A stretch of DNA of 48,739 bases, from NCBI RefSeq assembly GCF_001194135.2, contig NC_068983.1, forward strand, positions 58,613,371 to 58,662,109. The letters run 5' to 3'. Below the pieces are notes generated by a model. The model ran no database searches, was not told where the DNA came from, and was given only the letters and a program-made list of their open reading frames with translations. Origin of the DNA: Octopus bimaculoides. Its lineage: Eukaryota. The stretch's first letter is position 1, and each line of letters starts with the position of its first letter. Both the position numbers and the translations under genes were made by a program. Below are positions 12,294 through 23,087 of this stretch, piece by piece.

Positions 12294-12447
12294 AGAATAA
12301 TAAAATTCGCAGTTCATCTTGCTCCAGAGGGTATGGACGTTAGTTCATTTTTCCAGGCAGTATTTTGAATGCTGCTTCAGAATAAAGGAAATACAGACTA
12401 ACTTCCATACCCTTAACAACAAGATGAGCTGTGAACTTTATTCTTCT
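12294..12447. repeat. ~154-bp imperfect palindrome (fold-back element)
   Basis: Arms ~12294-12348 and ~12393-12447 are reverse complementary with mismatches; inner stem GCAGTATT/AATGCTGC. Confidence 0.8.
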
Positions 12448-12771
12448 ATCTATCAATCTATCCATCTATCTATCTATATATATATACAATTTAAAAATAG
12501 AATAAAATCTTTATAAGAATTTATCAAGTAGTTAGTGTGAAAAACATCATAAGGGAAAAAGTTTATTAATTATTCCCTTTAAATATACCTATTTATATTA
12601 AGGGCATTACTATACATAAATGCCTCATGCTAGGAGGGACTCTAAAGTCAAAACTACCATAATACACACATCGTTCCGAACGCGAGGAAAATTGGTATAC
12701 CTGGGTATTAATAGCATTGTTTAGGTATTTAAAATATTTTGTAATTAAACACACAGACACACACACACATA

Positions 12772-13145
12772 TTCTTTTATTCTTTTACTTGTTTCAGTCA
12801 TTTGAATGTGACTATGCTGGAGCATCACATTGAAAAATTTTAGTCGAACAAATAGACCTCAGGACTTATTATTTTTTAAACCACGTACTTATTCTATCGG
12901 TCTTTAATCCCGAACCCTTAAATTACAGGAACATAAACACTCCAACACCCGTTGCCAAGCGATGGCAGGGAGACAAAGAGACTCACACAGCTTCTTTCAG
13001 GTTCTATCGACCAAATCCACTCACAAGAATTTGGTCAGCCGGAAGCAATAGTAGAAGCCATTTACCCAAAGTGTCACACAGTTGGACTGAAACCTGAACT
13101 ATGTGGTAACGAAGCAAGTCTCTTACTTAACAGCCACACCTGCAT
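12772..13145 (-). mobile_element. SINE family B lacking most of the internal microsatellite
   Basis: Tail TTCTTTTACTTGTTTCAGTCATTTG through head CAGCCACACCTGCA. Confidence 0.85.
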
Positions 13146-13233
13146 CACTTCCATTCAAATTATCGAATTTGTTGTGTTCATACGCCTCTAAAATACTATA
13201 GCACTGAAACCTTGGTACTCATAAATATATGAA

Positions 13234-13390
13234 CTGTATGGTAAGTAGCTTACTTACCAATCATATGGTTTTGGTTTCAGTCCCACTGCGTGATACCGTG
13301 GGAAAGTGTCTTCTACTATAGCCTCGAGCCAACCAAAACCTTGTGAGTGGATTTGGTAGACGGAAACTGAAAGAAGCCCATCGTATACAT
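13234..13390 (+). mobile_element. SINE family B 5' half, followed by a family-C 3' end in the opposite orientation
   Basis: GGTAAGTAGCTTACTTACCAATC...GACGGAAACTGAAAGAAGCCCATCGTATA, then CATCATC..CGTTTAACGTCCGCTTTCCA (about 13390-13434). Confidence 0.85.
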
Positions 13391-13895
13391 CATCATCAAC
13401 ATCATCATCATCGTTTAACGTCCGCTTTCCAAGCTATATATATATATATATATATATATNNNNNNNNNNNNNNNNNNNNNNNNNNNNNNNNNNNNNNNNN
13501 NNNNNNNNNNNNNNNNNNNNNNNNNNNNNNNNNNNNNNNNNNNNNNNNNNNNNNNNNNNNNNNNNNNNNNNNNNNNNNNNNNNNNNNNNNNNNNNNNNNN
13601 NNNNNNNNNNNNNNNNNNNNNNNNNNNNNNNNNNNNNNNNNNNNNNNNNNNNNNNNNNNNNNNNNNNNNNNNNNNNNNNNNNNNNNNNNNNNNNNNNNNN
13701 NNNNNNNNNNNNNNNNNNNNNNNNNNNNNNNNNNNNNNNNNNNNNNNNNNNNNNNNNNNNNNNNNNNNNNNNNNNNNNNNNNNNNNNNNNNNNNNNNNNN
13801 NNNNNNNNNNNNNNNNNNNNNNNNNNNNNNNNNNNNNNNNNNNNNNNNNNNNNNNNNNNNNNNNNNNNNNNNNNNNNNNNNNNNNNNNNNNNNNN

Positions 13896-13938
<43 letters not shown>

Positions 13939-14035
13939 TATATACATACATATATATATATACATACATTGTGTGTACGTATGTATATGTATATATATTC
14001 ATACATATATACATTCATATATATATGTATGTATG

Positions 14036-14093
<58 letters not shown>

Positions 14094-14118
14094 TATGTAT
14101 ATATATANNNNNNNNNNN

Positions 14119-14180
<62 letters not shown>

Positions 14181-14374
14181 GCACATATGTATATGCATAT
14201 TCATATATATACATATATATATATACATATGCACATATGTATATACATATTCATATATATTACCCTTAGTTATATGTATTTATATATATTCACATATACA
14301 CACACATAGTTTTATGTACTGGTACTTATACATAACTATATTTATACCTACCTACACACCTACCTACCTATAAA

Positions 14375-14405
<31 letters not shown>
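13896..14405. repeat. (TA)n/(TG)n/(CA)n compound microsatellite
   Basis: Directly visible; includes an 11-N gap. Confidence 0.95.
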
Positions 14406-14407
<2 letters not shown>

Positions 14408-15235
14408 CCCATCATCACTTTGATAGCGTGTGCTGTTCTCTTCATATGAACGTGTGTGTTTGTGTGTGTGCATAGAAACGTATCTGTAATAAAAGGGAGC
14501 AATTTCTCAAGCGCTCTCATATAAGGTCTCATCAATTTCCAATAATTTTTACAATAATTTCCAATTTAACATTAAAATTAAATTTTACTGAGTTGTTTCA
14601 TATCACATAGCTATTATGTTCTAAAGAGTTTTATATTTTATCTTCTCTTTATCTCTCTGTGTCTATCTCTTCTGTATCATTTTCTCCCTCAATATCTATC
14701 TATCTATCTATCTATCTATCTAAATATGTGTTTGTGTGTGTGTGTGTGTGTGTACGTGTGCATGTACAAATTTAAATGCTTTCTCTATCTCTGTTCCTTC
14801 CAATATGTATGTAGATAGATAAATAGATAGATAGATACACACATATGCGCACAAACACACATACATACATACACACATGAACTGACTTGCGGTTTATATG
14901 CTCTTTGGTTATTTTTCATTTCTCTATAACTAATGAAGCCAATCTATGTGAGTTGAAATAATTTTATAAGTTGTAGGACGAAAAGAAATAATTAACGAGA
15001 AGGAAGATAGTGATAAAATTTAACTTGGGAGTGGCAAAGCCAAATATATTGTCTTCTAAGTCCATGTGCAGGAAAAGGCCGAGTGGATGATGTTTGTTAC
15101 TTGATATTGGACATAAAAGAACAGAAATGTTTTGTCAAACTAGAGATAAATTTGCTGAAAATATAAATTGCGGCAGAACATTTTGGGAACGTTATGTATA
15201 ATTGCAATCTAAAACCTATTTAATATTAGGGATAT

Positions 15236-15675
15236 GGGAAGATTGATAACTGGTAGAACAGTAAGCACGCCAGGCAAAATGGTTTAGTGGCATTTCATCC
15301 ATCTTTACATTCTGAGTTCAAATTCTGCTGGGGTCAGCTTTGCCTTTCATCCTTTAAGGGTCGATAAAATACTTACCATTAGAACACTAGAGTCGATCTA
15401 ATCCACTTGTATCTCCCAAAGTTGCTGGCTTTGTGCCAAAATTTGAAACCAATATTGTTTATATGGGAAAGTGGCAAGGTGACTGAACAGGCAAAATGCT
15501 TAATGGCATTTTGTCTACTTTCAGGTCTTGCATTCAAATTTCACCGAGGCCGACTTTGCCTTTCATCATTTTGGGATCGATAAAATAAGTACCAGTTGAG
15601 CACTGGGGTCGATGTGATCGATTTATTCCTCACCTTAAATTGTTAGCACTGTGTCAAAATTTAGAATCAATATTA
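15236..15675 (+). mobile_element. Two tandem degenerate family-A SINEs (tail type 3, ...GTGCCAAAATTTGAAACCAATATT)
   Basis: Two successive copies (~15236-15455 and ~15465-15675), each with CTTTGCCTTTCATC...GTCGATAAAATA. Confidence 0.8.
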
Positions 15676-16471
15676 TGGATATTGGGAGTAACAGAAGATC
15701 ATCTTCATCGCTGTTGTTATTTTATATCCAAGTTTTCATACGGGTTTGTGTTTAAATATGTTTTCTGATGTTGCATTTTATGGCTGGATATCCCTTATGT
15801 CACCAGCCGCTTAATCTATAGTATCTACAAAGTGTAAAGAAGATTGACTGGAATAAGGCATTTGTTGAAAGAATGGAATAGTCATTTTAACTTTATTTCG
15901 AATAAGAAATAAATGAATATCTTATGTTTCTGGGAAAAGTTATCAGATGAGAAAACAAAACATTTAATAATTATATTAAGACCCCGATGAATTATTCTGA
16001 AGCAGAGATGGTATTTATAATTAATCAACTGAGAAAATCAAGACAAATTATTTTCCGTATGAAATACTCATAATAATTTAATTACTGATTTGTTGTTTAT
16101 GTATCCTGATTCGGTCCATTAATTATGTTCCTATTTACCCTATGTAGATCTTCTTGTATTGAGAATATGCAATGCAATAAATCAGGAGTTTTCTGCTTTT
16201 GAATTTATATTTGCTTTAATCTCGGATTCGTCTCCACAAAAATCTTAAAGGACTCTTAACAAAAGCTAAATTTACATAAGACAAAGAAATTATACAAATA
16301 ACAAAATAGAAAACATTCGTTGTGGGATATTTGAACAGGATAAAATTAAAACGTTCAAAATGGGAAGAGGGATATAATCTATCTGGTTATAAAATAGACA
16401 ATATATCATTAAAAATTCCGTAAAACAGAGAATAAAAGTACCAAACCTAACCATAAGTTGCTAGCTAGAAT

Positions 16472-16852
16472 TGTTGTTGTTGTTGTTGGCACTCCATCGC
16501 TTACGATGTCGCGGGTTTCAGTTGATCCGATCAACGGAACAACCTGCTCGTGAAATTAACGTTAAGAGTACAGACACGTGTACCCTTAATGTAGTTCTCG
16601 GGGATATTCAGCGTGACAGTGTGACAAGGCTGACCCTTTGAATTACAGGTACAACAGAAACAGGAAGTAAGAGTGAGAGAAAGTTGTGGGGAAAGAGTAC
16701 AGCAGGGTTCGCCACCATCCCCTGCCGGAGCCTCGTGGAGCTTTAGGTGTTTTCGCTCAATAAACACTCACAATGCCCGGTCTGAGAATCGAAACTGCGA
16801 CCCTATGACCGGGAGTTCGCTGCCCTAACCACTGGGCCATTGCGCCTCCACA
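16472..16852 (-). mobile_element. SINE family D (GTGGAGGCGCAATGG tRNA-like head, shared D/E tail, (CAA)n end)
   Basis: On the minus strand, A-box TGGCCCAGTGG and B-box-like GTTTCGATTC. Perfect 11-bp TSD CTAGCTAGAAT (16461-16471 / 16853-16863). Confidence 0.92.
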
Positions 16853-17667
16853 CTAGCTAGAATATATACATATATATTCTGTAACATCAGAATGAATAGC
16901 CTCCTCATGAAGATGAGAATACAAACTAGAAAATCACATAACATACTTCAGACAATCAATGTAATATATATATTTCAATCGATCATGAAAATTGTAAATT
17001 TCATGAGTAAAACTGTTTTATCAGACATACATTTAGGATACCTTATCATCGGTTGACCATCAGTTTATGAAGAACCATTGTAACTCATTATCATATGCTA
17101 GAAGAAATGACATTGGAGAGAGAAATATCGGACAACATGGTAATTTTATAAAGAACTTCATGAAAATGAGTGGAATAATTAGTGGCTGTTTACAACAGCA
17201 AAAATATAACTCTAAATTAAGACTCATGTACATCGAACTAAGAAATACATCACTGAAATCTACCAGAACTATTTGCTATATAACATATGTGTGTGTGCAC
17301 ACGTGTGCGTGTACATGCATGTCTGTATGTTTGTATGCATATACATATGCATGCATATATAAATATGTGTGTGTGGGCGTGTGTGAGAGAGAGAGGGATA
17401 GAGAGAGAGAGAGGGTGAGAGAGTTGAAATCAGGGTACGTTAGTGATGTCTGGTTCAGGTGTTTTAGATTGAATTTAAAAGGTTATAAAGACAGAATTAA
17501 AAGAGAAAAATGAAAGAATCGGAGAGAAGTAGGAGCAGAGGGAGAAAATGAGGATTATGAACATGGAGAGAGAGAGAGAGACACACACAAATCTAAGCTG
17601 TTAAAAGCCAAAGAAAATGAACAAAATTGATTATGCGCATTTTATATATACTGCTTATATACACTGG

Positions 17668-17828
17668 CATGCTCGTCTGGATTGTTGTTTTCACTACATT
17701 TTGGCTCTTTACTTTCCAGCCTTCTTCAGCGTTTTTTGAGATTCACCTTAGTTTCTTGCCTGGGATTGATCTCAGAATTTCTGTGTCTGAACTGTATTAA
17801 CCAGTGCCTTTATTCATTATGCTATGTC
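17668..17828 (-). mobile_element. Degenerate family-H-like SINE with a hammerhead-like motif
   Basis: Minus strand: tRNA-like head (CTGGTTAA...AATTCTGAGATCAATCCCAGGCA), then CTGAAGA-A-GGCT-GGAAAGTAAAG-AGCC-AAAATGTAGTG...AACAAC, paralleling 19669-19957. Confidence 0.6.
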
Positions 17829-18149
17829 TGTAGGGAGTGACCGAGTGAAATTTTAAGGTTTATAAACCTCAATTCATATTGTATGTCGGCTCTGTACTGA
17901 TTGGATGATACAATTCTATATTCATGAGATGAAGAATTTATATTATTAACACTGTTTTAATTAGTCAGGCTGGTATCTTCCTCACCTTGATTGTTTCTTT
18001 TGCCCCAGCTTTCATTAGGTTTCTTGTGTATATAAAGAATTTGTTATTCTGATTTTGTTGTTGTAAATATCATGGTGTCGTTATACGTGCTTCACAGTGT
18101 TTTAACTTTCAAATGACTCTACTCCGCTGACTCGGCGAACCAGCCCACA

Positions 18150-18325
18150 TTCCATTTGTTTGGAAGACCATTCCATCGCAGTATTACTCATTTAGAGATG
18201 AGTGAACTGGAGTAATGCAAAATGAAGTGTTTTGCTCATGAAAACAATGCGCTGCTCAGTTCTGGAATCGAAATCATGATCTAGCAATTGAGAGTGTAAT
18301 ACTCTAACCACCAGGTCACGCACAT
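18150..18325 (-). mobile_element. Degenerate tRNA-derived SINE (GAGTGAACTGGAG..GTGTTTTGCTCA type)
   Basis: Similar to the outer SINE at 21420-21940 and to the family-E head. Confidence 0.65.
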
Positions 18326-18664
18326 TCACACATTGTAAATATGCTCATGTAAATACATTAGAAGAAGATAAATAAAAGTTTAATACATAGAAGTAGAAGA
18401 ACAAGAATAAAGAATTAGAGAACCAGTATTTAAGTTAAAGGTAAATTGAATTTTATTGTAAATACAGAGAAAGAATAGAAAAAAATTAAAGTGCTTAAAA
18501 GAAATTGAATTTTGTTGTAAATGTATGTAAATTGAAAAAAGACGGCTGGTTATTTATAAAACAAAAAACAAGAATGATATTATGACGTGAATAGGAACAT
18601 GAATATTCTAAAGAAAATTGAATATGGAACTGGTTGGAGGAATCAAATAAGTTGATTCGTTTAG

Positions 18665-19041
18665 TCTTTTATTCTTTTCTTTGCTGCCATCATTTGACTG
18701 ATGCCATGCTGGAGCACTGCCTTTAGTGGAACAAATCGCCCCCCCCCCAAGAGTTATTCTTTGTAAGCCTAGTAGTTATTCTATCGGTCTCTAAGTTGTG
18801 GGGACGTAAACACACCAAGTTCGGTTGTCAAGCGATGTTTGGGGGACAAACACAGACACAAATACACACACATATATACCCGACGGGCTTCTTTCAGTTT
18901 CCGTCTACCAAATCCACTCAAGGCTTTGGTCGACCCAAGGCTATAGTAGAAGACACTTGTCTAAGGTGCCACACAGTAAGACTGATCCCGAAACCATGTG
19001 GTTGATAAGCAAGCTACTTACCATACAGCCACTCCTGCACC
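18665..19041 (-). mobile_element. SINE family B
   Basis: Similar across its full length to 38103-38499. Confidence 0.9.
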
Positions 19042-19109
19042 CATTTATTTTCAAATAAGAAAGTCAAAAACAGTAACAAGCAATGAGATAATGCTAAATA
19101 TAAGAAAAA

Positions 19110-19328
19110 TAGTCCTTTCTACTATAGGCACAAGGCCAGGAATTTGGGGAGAGGGTACAAGTCAATTATATCGACTCCACTGCATAACAGGTACTTATTT
19201 CAGGAACTACGAAAAGTTGAAAGTCAAAGGTGATCCAGGCAGAATTTGAACTCAGAATGTAAGCACAGATGAAATGCTGCTGAGCATTCTGCCCGGTGTG
19301 CTAACTATTTTGCCAGCTTGTCCACCTT
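19110..19328 (-). mobile_element. SINE family A (tail type 2, ...GGCCTTGTGCCTATAGTAGAAAGG)
   Basis: Reverse complement of the family-A head and middle with a type-2 tail. Confidence 0.85.
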
Positions 19329-19440
19329 AAATATAAGAAACGTATCATAATATCCGAAAGGATATAATGTTTGGGTTAATATATCTGGGTGATGAATCTA
19401 CTTGCAATATTGAGTTGTGTCAAAGGTTTTCCAATATCTA

Positions 19441-19620
19441 AGGCAGAGAGATGGCAGAAACGTTAGCATGCCAGGCGAAATGCTTAGTAGTATTTCGTCT
19501 GTCTTTATGTTCTTCTGAGTTCAAATTCCACCAAGGTCGAATTTGCCTTTCATCCTTTCGGGGTCGATAAATTAAGTACCAGTTACGCACTGGGGTCAAT
19601 GTGATCGACTTAACCCTTTG
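19441..19620 (+). mobile_element. SINE family A, 3'-truncated
   Basis: GGCAGAAACGTTAGCATGCCAGGCGAAATGCTTAG...GTCGATAAATTAAGTACCAGTTACGCACTGGGGTC. Confidence 0.9.
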
Positions 19621-19668
19621 CTTAACCACTGCTTGCGCACGTTAGGATTGCAGGATTCTCATGGATTT

Positions 19669-19746
19669 CACGGGCATATGGCATAGTGGTTAAGAGCGCG
19701 GGCTACTAACCCTAAGATTCCGAGTTCGATTCCAGGCAGTGACCTA

Positions 19747-19813
<67 letters not shown>

Positions 19814-19957
19814 TTGAAAAAATCTTAGGAATGAGAACCCAGGTTCGAAATTTCCCCAAGACATCTGATGAAGGCTGGAAGGTATATCAGCCAAAACCTG
19901 TTAACAACAAACAAGATGAGGACAAATATCTGTCAAGTGTAAATAATGTCAATAATG
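19669..19957 (+). mobile_element. Family H: tRNA-like head - (AAT)n - hammerhead-like motif composite SINE
   Basis: A-box TGGCATAGTGG and B-box GAGTTCGATTCC; (AAT)n at ~19747-19811; CTGATGA (19865-19871), stem GGCTG/CAGCC, then AAAAC. 12-bp TSD with one mismatch: TCTCATGGATTT (19657-19668) / TCTCCTGGATTT (19958-19969). Confidence 0.8.
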
Positions 19958-20624
19958 TCTCCTGGATTTGTTACATTGTTGGTCAAAGTGCTTGGTATTT
20001 TTGTTCTAGCTCCTTACATTCTGTGTTCAATCCAACAGAAGTTAATTTTACCTTTTATTCTCCTGGATCCAATAGATAATATCCATATTGGAACAATATT
20101 TTGGTGGTGCTTATACCAAATCTTTACATCGAAGTCCCCAAGAAGATCTGGAAAACAACCTATCTGTACCCAACAAACTGGTGTCTTGTAAAACGATACT
20201 TGAAGGAAGGCAACCTTTGTGTTCTGTGAAGATTCTATTATAAGCACATAATGCTCTCTTATAGGAAGTCCTCAGGAGCCATTCATCATCTTGAAAGCAG
20301 AGAAAGAAAAACACATAAATCATAAATATGGTTTACGTAAAGTTATGTTTTATAACATTGAATATTGTTAAGAGAATATGTTATGCAATATTGTGATAGC
20401 TCCTGAAAAGAATTTGCAGCTTGTCACCATGTAAAACAGTCAGTTGCTTTCTTTATTTCTCTGCACTTACCTAACAATGTTCCGTTATTATTATTCTAAC
20501 TCCAGCACGTTATAAATACCTTTGATAGTTTCAAAATACAAGGTTGTCCCATATTTGAACGACCTACGTAAGTTAATGGAAGAGATACACTCACTTTTGT
20601 GCTACTTTCAGTACAGAACTTGTA

Positions 20625-21039
20625 TGCACTGTCCTATAAATAGGACACTAAATGAGAACATTAAATAAGCTGAAGTAGTTGTATGCTGTCACTTAATGTG
20701 ACAGTCCCCTGAAGGGAATAAAACTACTGTTGGTTACACATAGGAAGCTGCATCACTTCCTGTCGGCCTTGACACATTTCATGTGTCCTTATGTTTACAA
20801 GGGAGAGACATAAGGACACAGGAAATGTGTCAAGGCTGACAGGAAGCGGTGCAGCTTCCTAGGTCTAACCAACAGTAGTATTATTCCCTTCAGAGGACTG
20901 TCACATTAAGTTGACAGCATACAACTACTTCATCGTATCACTACTGCATAAATCTCTCTGGGAAATTTAGAAATGTATTATTTCTAAATTAAATAAGATA
21001 TATCACATTGTCTCAGCGTCTTATTTATAGGACACCGAG
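20625..21039. mobile_element. TA-flanked MITE containing a 262-bp internal palindrome
   Basis: TIR core TGTCCTATAAATAGGACACT versus reverse-complemented right end TGTCCTATAAATAAGACGCT; TA at 20623-24 and 21040-41. Palindrome arms 20671-20794 and 20808-20932. Confidence 0.8.
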
Positions 21040-21419
21040 TATTTCCATTTCTACTTGAAGTAAAGGAGTTTTGATAATTACTATTTTCATTTTAACCTAT
21101 TTTCAATCATCTGTAAAAATTTAAAAGTAATATTCAGACATTTAAGTACTCTGGGACTTAATGGGTTAAGACCAATTGTTTTAGAATCAGTAAAGAATAT
21201 TAGATGTCTATGATACTTTCAAAATACAGCAAGTGTCTCATATCTGAACAACCAAAGTAAGTTAATTAAAAAATTATGCCCGTTTTCCTATTACCTTCAG
21301 TGCAACCCACGTCAGAAGCTTAAGACCAATTCTATTGAATCAATCAATTTAGGTCTGTCACGATCCCCCAAAATCATAAAGCCAGCGAATAACCTGGCTT
21401 TCGTAGCATATAAGTTAGT

Positions 21420-21940
21420 GACATTACAACACACCCCACTGGATGGAACGACAGTCTTTTGCAGGGTTAACTTGCTGGATTTTATTTAATTTGAGTGGAC
21501 TGGAACAACGGGAAATGAAATGTTCTGCTTAAGAACATACTACAGGCACTCCATCGGTTACGACGTGTGTTCCAGTTGATCCGATCAACGGAACAGCCTG
21601 CTCGTGAAATTATTGTGTAAGTGACTGAGCACTCCACAGACACGTGTACCCTTAACATAGTTCTCAGTGAGATTCAGCGTGACACAGAATGAGACAATGC
21701 TGGCCCTTTGGTGTACGGGTACAACTCACTTTTGCTAGCTGAGTGGAATGGAGCAACATGATAAAGGATACAATGAACTGCCAGGAATTGAACTCACAAG
21801 ATTACAGCCATGGACCAAATACTCTTAACAACTAGGCCACGCATTTGCACTTCAAGAACACAACACACGGCCTGGTCTGTGAATGAAGACTATAATCTTA
21901 CGATCTGATTTCAACACTCTAACCCCTGGGCCATGCATCT
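21420..21940 (-). mobile_element. Older SINE interrupted by a family-E SINE (21545-21850)
   Basis: The outer element reads through across the insertion. Degenerate duplication TTAAGAACATACTACA (21529-21544) / TTCAAGAACACAACACA (21851-21867). Confidence 0.75.
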
Positions 21941-22723
21941 TTACGAATCGATCAAACATTTTCTGTTAATTGTTTTATTACTGAACATTGGTAAAATTTT
22001 AATTTCTAAATTTACAAACTTTTCTGCCAAATCACAATCCCTGTGTTTTCAATTAAGATTTGCAACTTTTGATTCAGTTAATTATTTTCATTTATTTGTA
22101 AATTGCCTCTGTGTAACTTCGATTTTATGCAGATGCATAATCGTTCCTAAACATAGTTGTTATGAGAACCTTTAGAATTGTGCCATTATGTTAATGAATA
22201 TTGCCTTTAGCAATATCTTCGATGGAAATTCATTTCATTGAACAGACACCAATATATTTACAATCTCACAAGATTCCATAACATCGCTTCATTTATTTAA
22301 AGGTAATCTTGTGTGGCTTAAGATACCACTGATTAAGTCCATTCTTGGAAACTGTTTCCTATTTTACCTTCATTGCCTCCATAGAGAATCCAAGATTCTA
22401 TTCTTTAAAATAAATGTTGCTTTTGATTATTCCTCTAATACTTTGAAAAACAACAGCGTGGAAAACAAATAATCATTTACAAGATGCATTCTAGAAGTTT
22501 TGAAACTTGTTTTAGTAGTGGCAGTTAAAAATGCCTTGATTATTGTAACTTTGGAATATAATTACTATACATGTAATGCGCTGACCGGCTAAATTTTGTT
22601 ATTCCAGATTAAAGGAAACCCCTGTGAGAGCACTTTGAACACATCCTGCTAAACATTGCTTGTTAGAACTGACTACTTTGCAGAAAATAGTCGGGACATG
22701 AAGATAGCTTGGAATTTTTATCC

Positions 22724-23027
22724 TCATCATCATCGTTTAACGTCCACTTTCCATGCTAGCATGGGTTGGAGGATTTGACTGAGGACTGGCGAACCAGATG
22801 GCTGCACCAGGCTCCAATCTGATCTGGCAGAGTTTCTACAGCTGGATGCCCTTCCTAATGCCAGCCACTCTGTGAATGTAGTGGGTGTTTTTACATGCCA
22901 CCAGCACGAGGGCCAGTCACACGATACTGGCAATGGCCACGCTCAAAATGGTGTATTTTATGTGCCACCTGCACAGAAGCCAGTCCAGCGGCACTGGCAA
23001 CGATCTCGCTCAAATGTTTTCTATGTA
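22724..23027 (-). mobile_element. Family C (GAT)n-tailed retroposon, cut by a gap
   Basis: CATCATCATCGTTTAACGTCC..CATGCTAGCATGGGTTGG...GCTGGATGCCCTTCCTAA plus two ~65-bp units. Confidence 0.9.
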
Positions 23028-23087
23028 ANNNNNNNNNNNNNNNNNNNNNNNNNNNNNNNNNNNNNNNNNNNNNNNNNNNNNNNNNNN

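Noticed and set aside
19672-19744. Possible genuine tRNA gene
   Set aside because: The acceptor stem is poor, and the sequence runs straight into (AAT)n within a TSD-bounded element, so it is a SINE head. The same applies to the heads at 16780-16852 and 32459-32535.
21145-21169. piggyBac-like end GGGACTTAATGGG|TTAA
   Set aside because: No matching left TIR was found nearby, and the motif is too short to support a call.
22580-22660. Acceptor-like TTATTCCAG followed by complex sequence
   Set aside because: All three frames hit a stop within about 45 nt and there is no good donor.
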